From Octopus sinensis (taxonomy: Eukaryota), in the NCBI RefSeq assembly GCF_006345805.1, contig NC_043006.1, positions 21,204,001 through 21,268,000 on the forward strand: 64,000 bases of DNA. The letters are read 5' to 3'. The position numbers and the translations under genes are program-made. Of this stretch, positions 63,187 through 64,000 are shown piece after piece. The notes beneath the pieces are model-generated. The model did no database searches. It had not been told where the DNA came from and worked only from the letters and a program-made list of their open reading frames with translations. Each line of letters begins with the position of its first letter. Within the stretch, counting starts at the first letter, position 1.

Positions 63187-64000
63187 CTGTATCTATAAAA
63201 GGCATGATGTGTGTGTTTGTGTGTGTGTGTATATGTAATTGTCATGTATGCACGTCCATAAATTAGCACGCATGTCGCTCCACGTTTAGGAGGACATTCG
63301 TCAACATCCTACCTGGGTTTTGTCAACTTATTTTTTTCCCGAGGCACCCGCGGATAGCGGTAAAAATCTAATTTCAGCCATAGCTTTTACCTATTTTGAA
63401 GGTTGCTAACATGAGTTAAGTCCCTTCTAGCCATAGCCAAGCGAAAGTGTGTGTGTGTGAGGGAGAGAGAGAAGTTGTGTGTTGATGTATGTGTGTGTGT
63501 GTGTATGTGAGGGAGAGAGAGTGTTTCACAACGTCTAACAAAAGAAGTAAAGAAAAAGTATGTGTAAGGAAGAGTGGGGGATAGTTTGACAGCGTCTAAC
63601 AAAAAAAAAACAGGGTAAAGAAAAGTGGAAGAGAGGTAGAGGATTTGACAGAGTCTAACAAAAAAGGTAATGACAAAGTGAGAGAGAGAAAGAGAGGGAG
63701 AGTTTGACAGTGTTCATAAAAATGAAATGTAAAATGTTTTGTTTTTTTCTTAAACACGAGATATAGTGTTCAAATTTAGGATATTTTTGACACTATTTTA
63801 TAATCAGATTAGATATACTTTCTCACACAATAATTACAATATATTTATTTTCAATCATTTATTTATTTCAAATCGTTCATCTTTCTTCCCCCCTCTCTCT
63901 CTCTCATACACGTTGCTTTGGGTGCGAAAGAGTTTTGTTTTTATTTTAAGCCGAGTAAAAAAGTGTTTTGCTGAGAATCAATTTATTTAACAACAAAGAA
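63187..64000 (+). mobile_element. Possible non-autonomous Helitron-like element (5' part)
   Basis: A|TCtgtatctataaaagg start followed by (GT)n, then imperfect ~60-bp subrepeats (tttgacagcgtctaacaaaa). Confidence 0.4.

Overview
AT-rich, microsatellite-dense eukaryotic DNA made almost entirely of transposable-element relics. The SINE families and repeat density suggest a coleoid cephalopod, probably Octopus (recognition, not a database result). No host protein-coding gene can be supported; nearly all supplied ORFs are microsatellite translations or transposon fragments. Identifiable content: (1) over 30 tRNA-headed SINE copies built from interchangeable head, core and tail modules, several with clear 11-21 bp TSDs; (2) DNA transposons: a Tc1-like element with inferred DD36E spacing (3618-4875), mariner relics, a TIR- and TTA-bounded Chapaev3-like element (52896-55105), hAT-like MITEs with 8-bp TSDs, other MITEs and Helitron-like pieces; (3) LINE fragments of RTE, CR1 and R4/Dong type; (4) a 25x23-bp minisatellite. 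The strongest signal is a pair of ~200-bp elements inserted in (TA)n tracts (15162-15368 and 21789-21983). Each contains a perfect 64-65 bp inverted repeat whose arms spell a type I hammerhead ribozyme (CUGANGA...GAAA...GUA cleavage site), so both strands encode the ribozyme core. The two loci differ only at catalytically neutral positions, while the arms within each locus are identical. They resemble fold-back Penelope-like/retrozyme termini.
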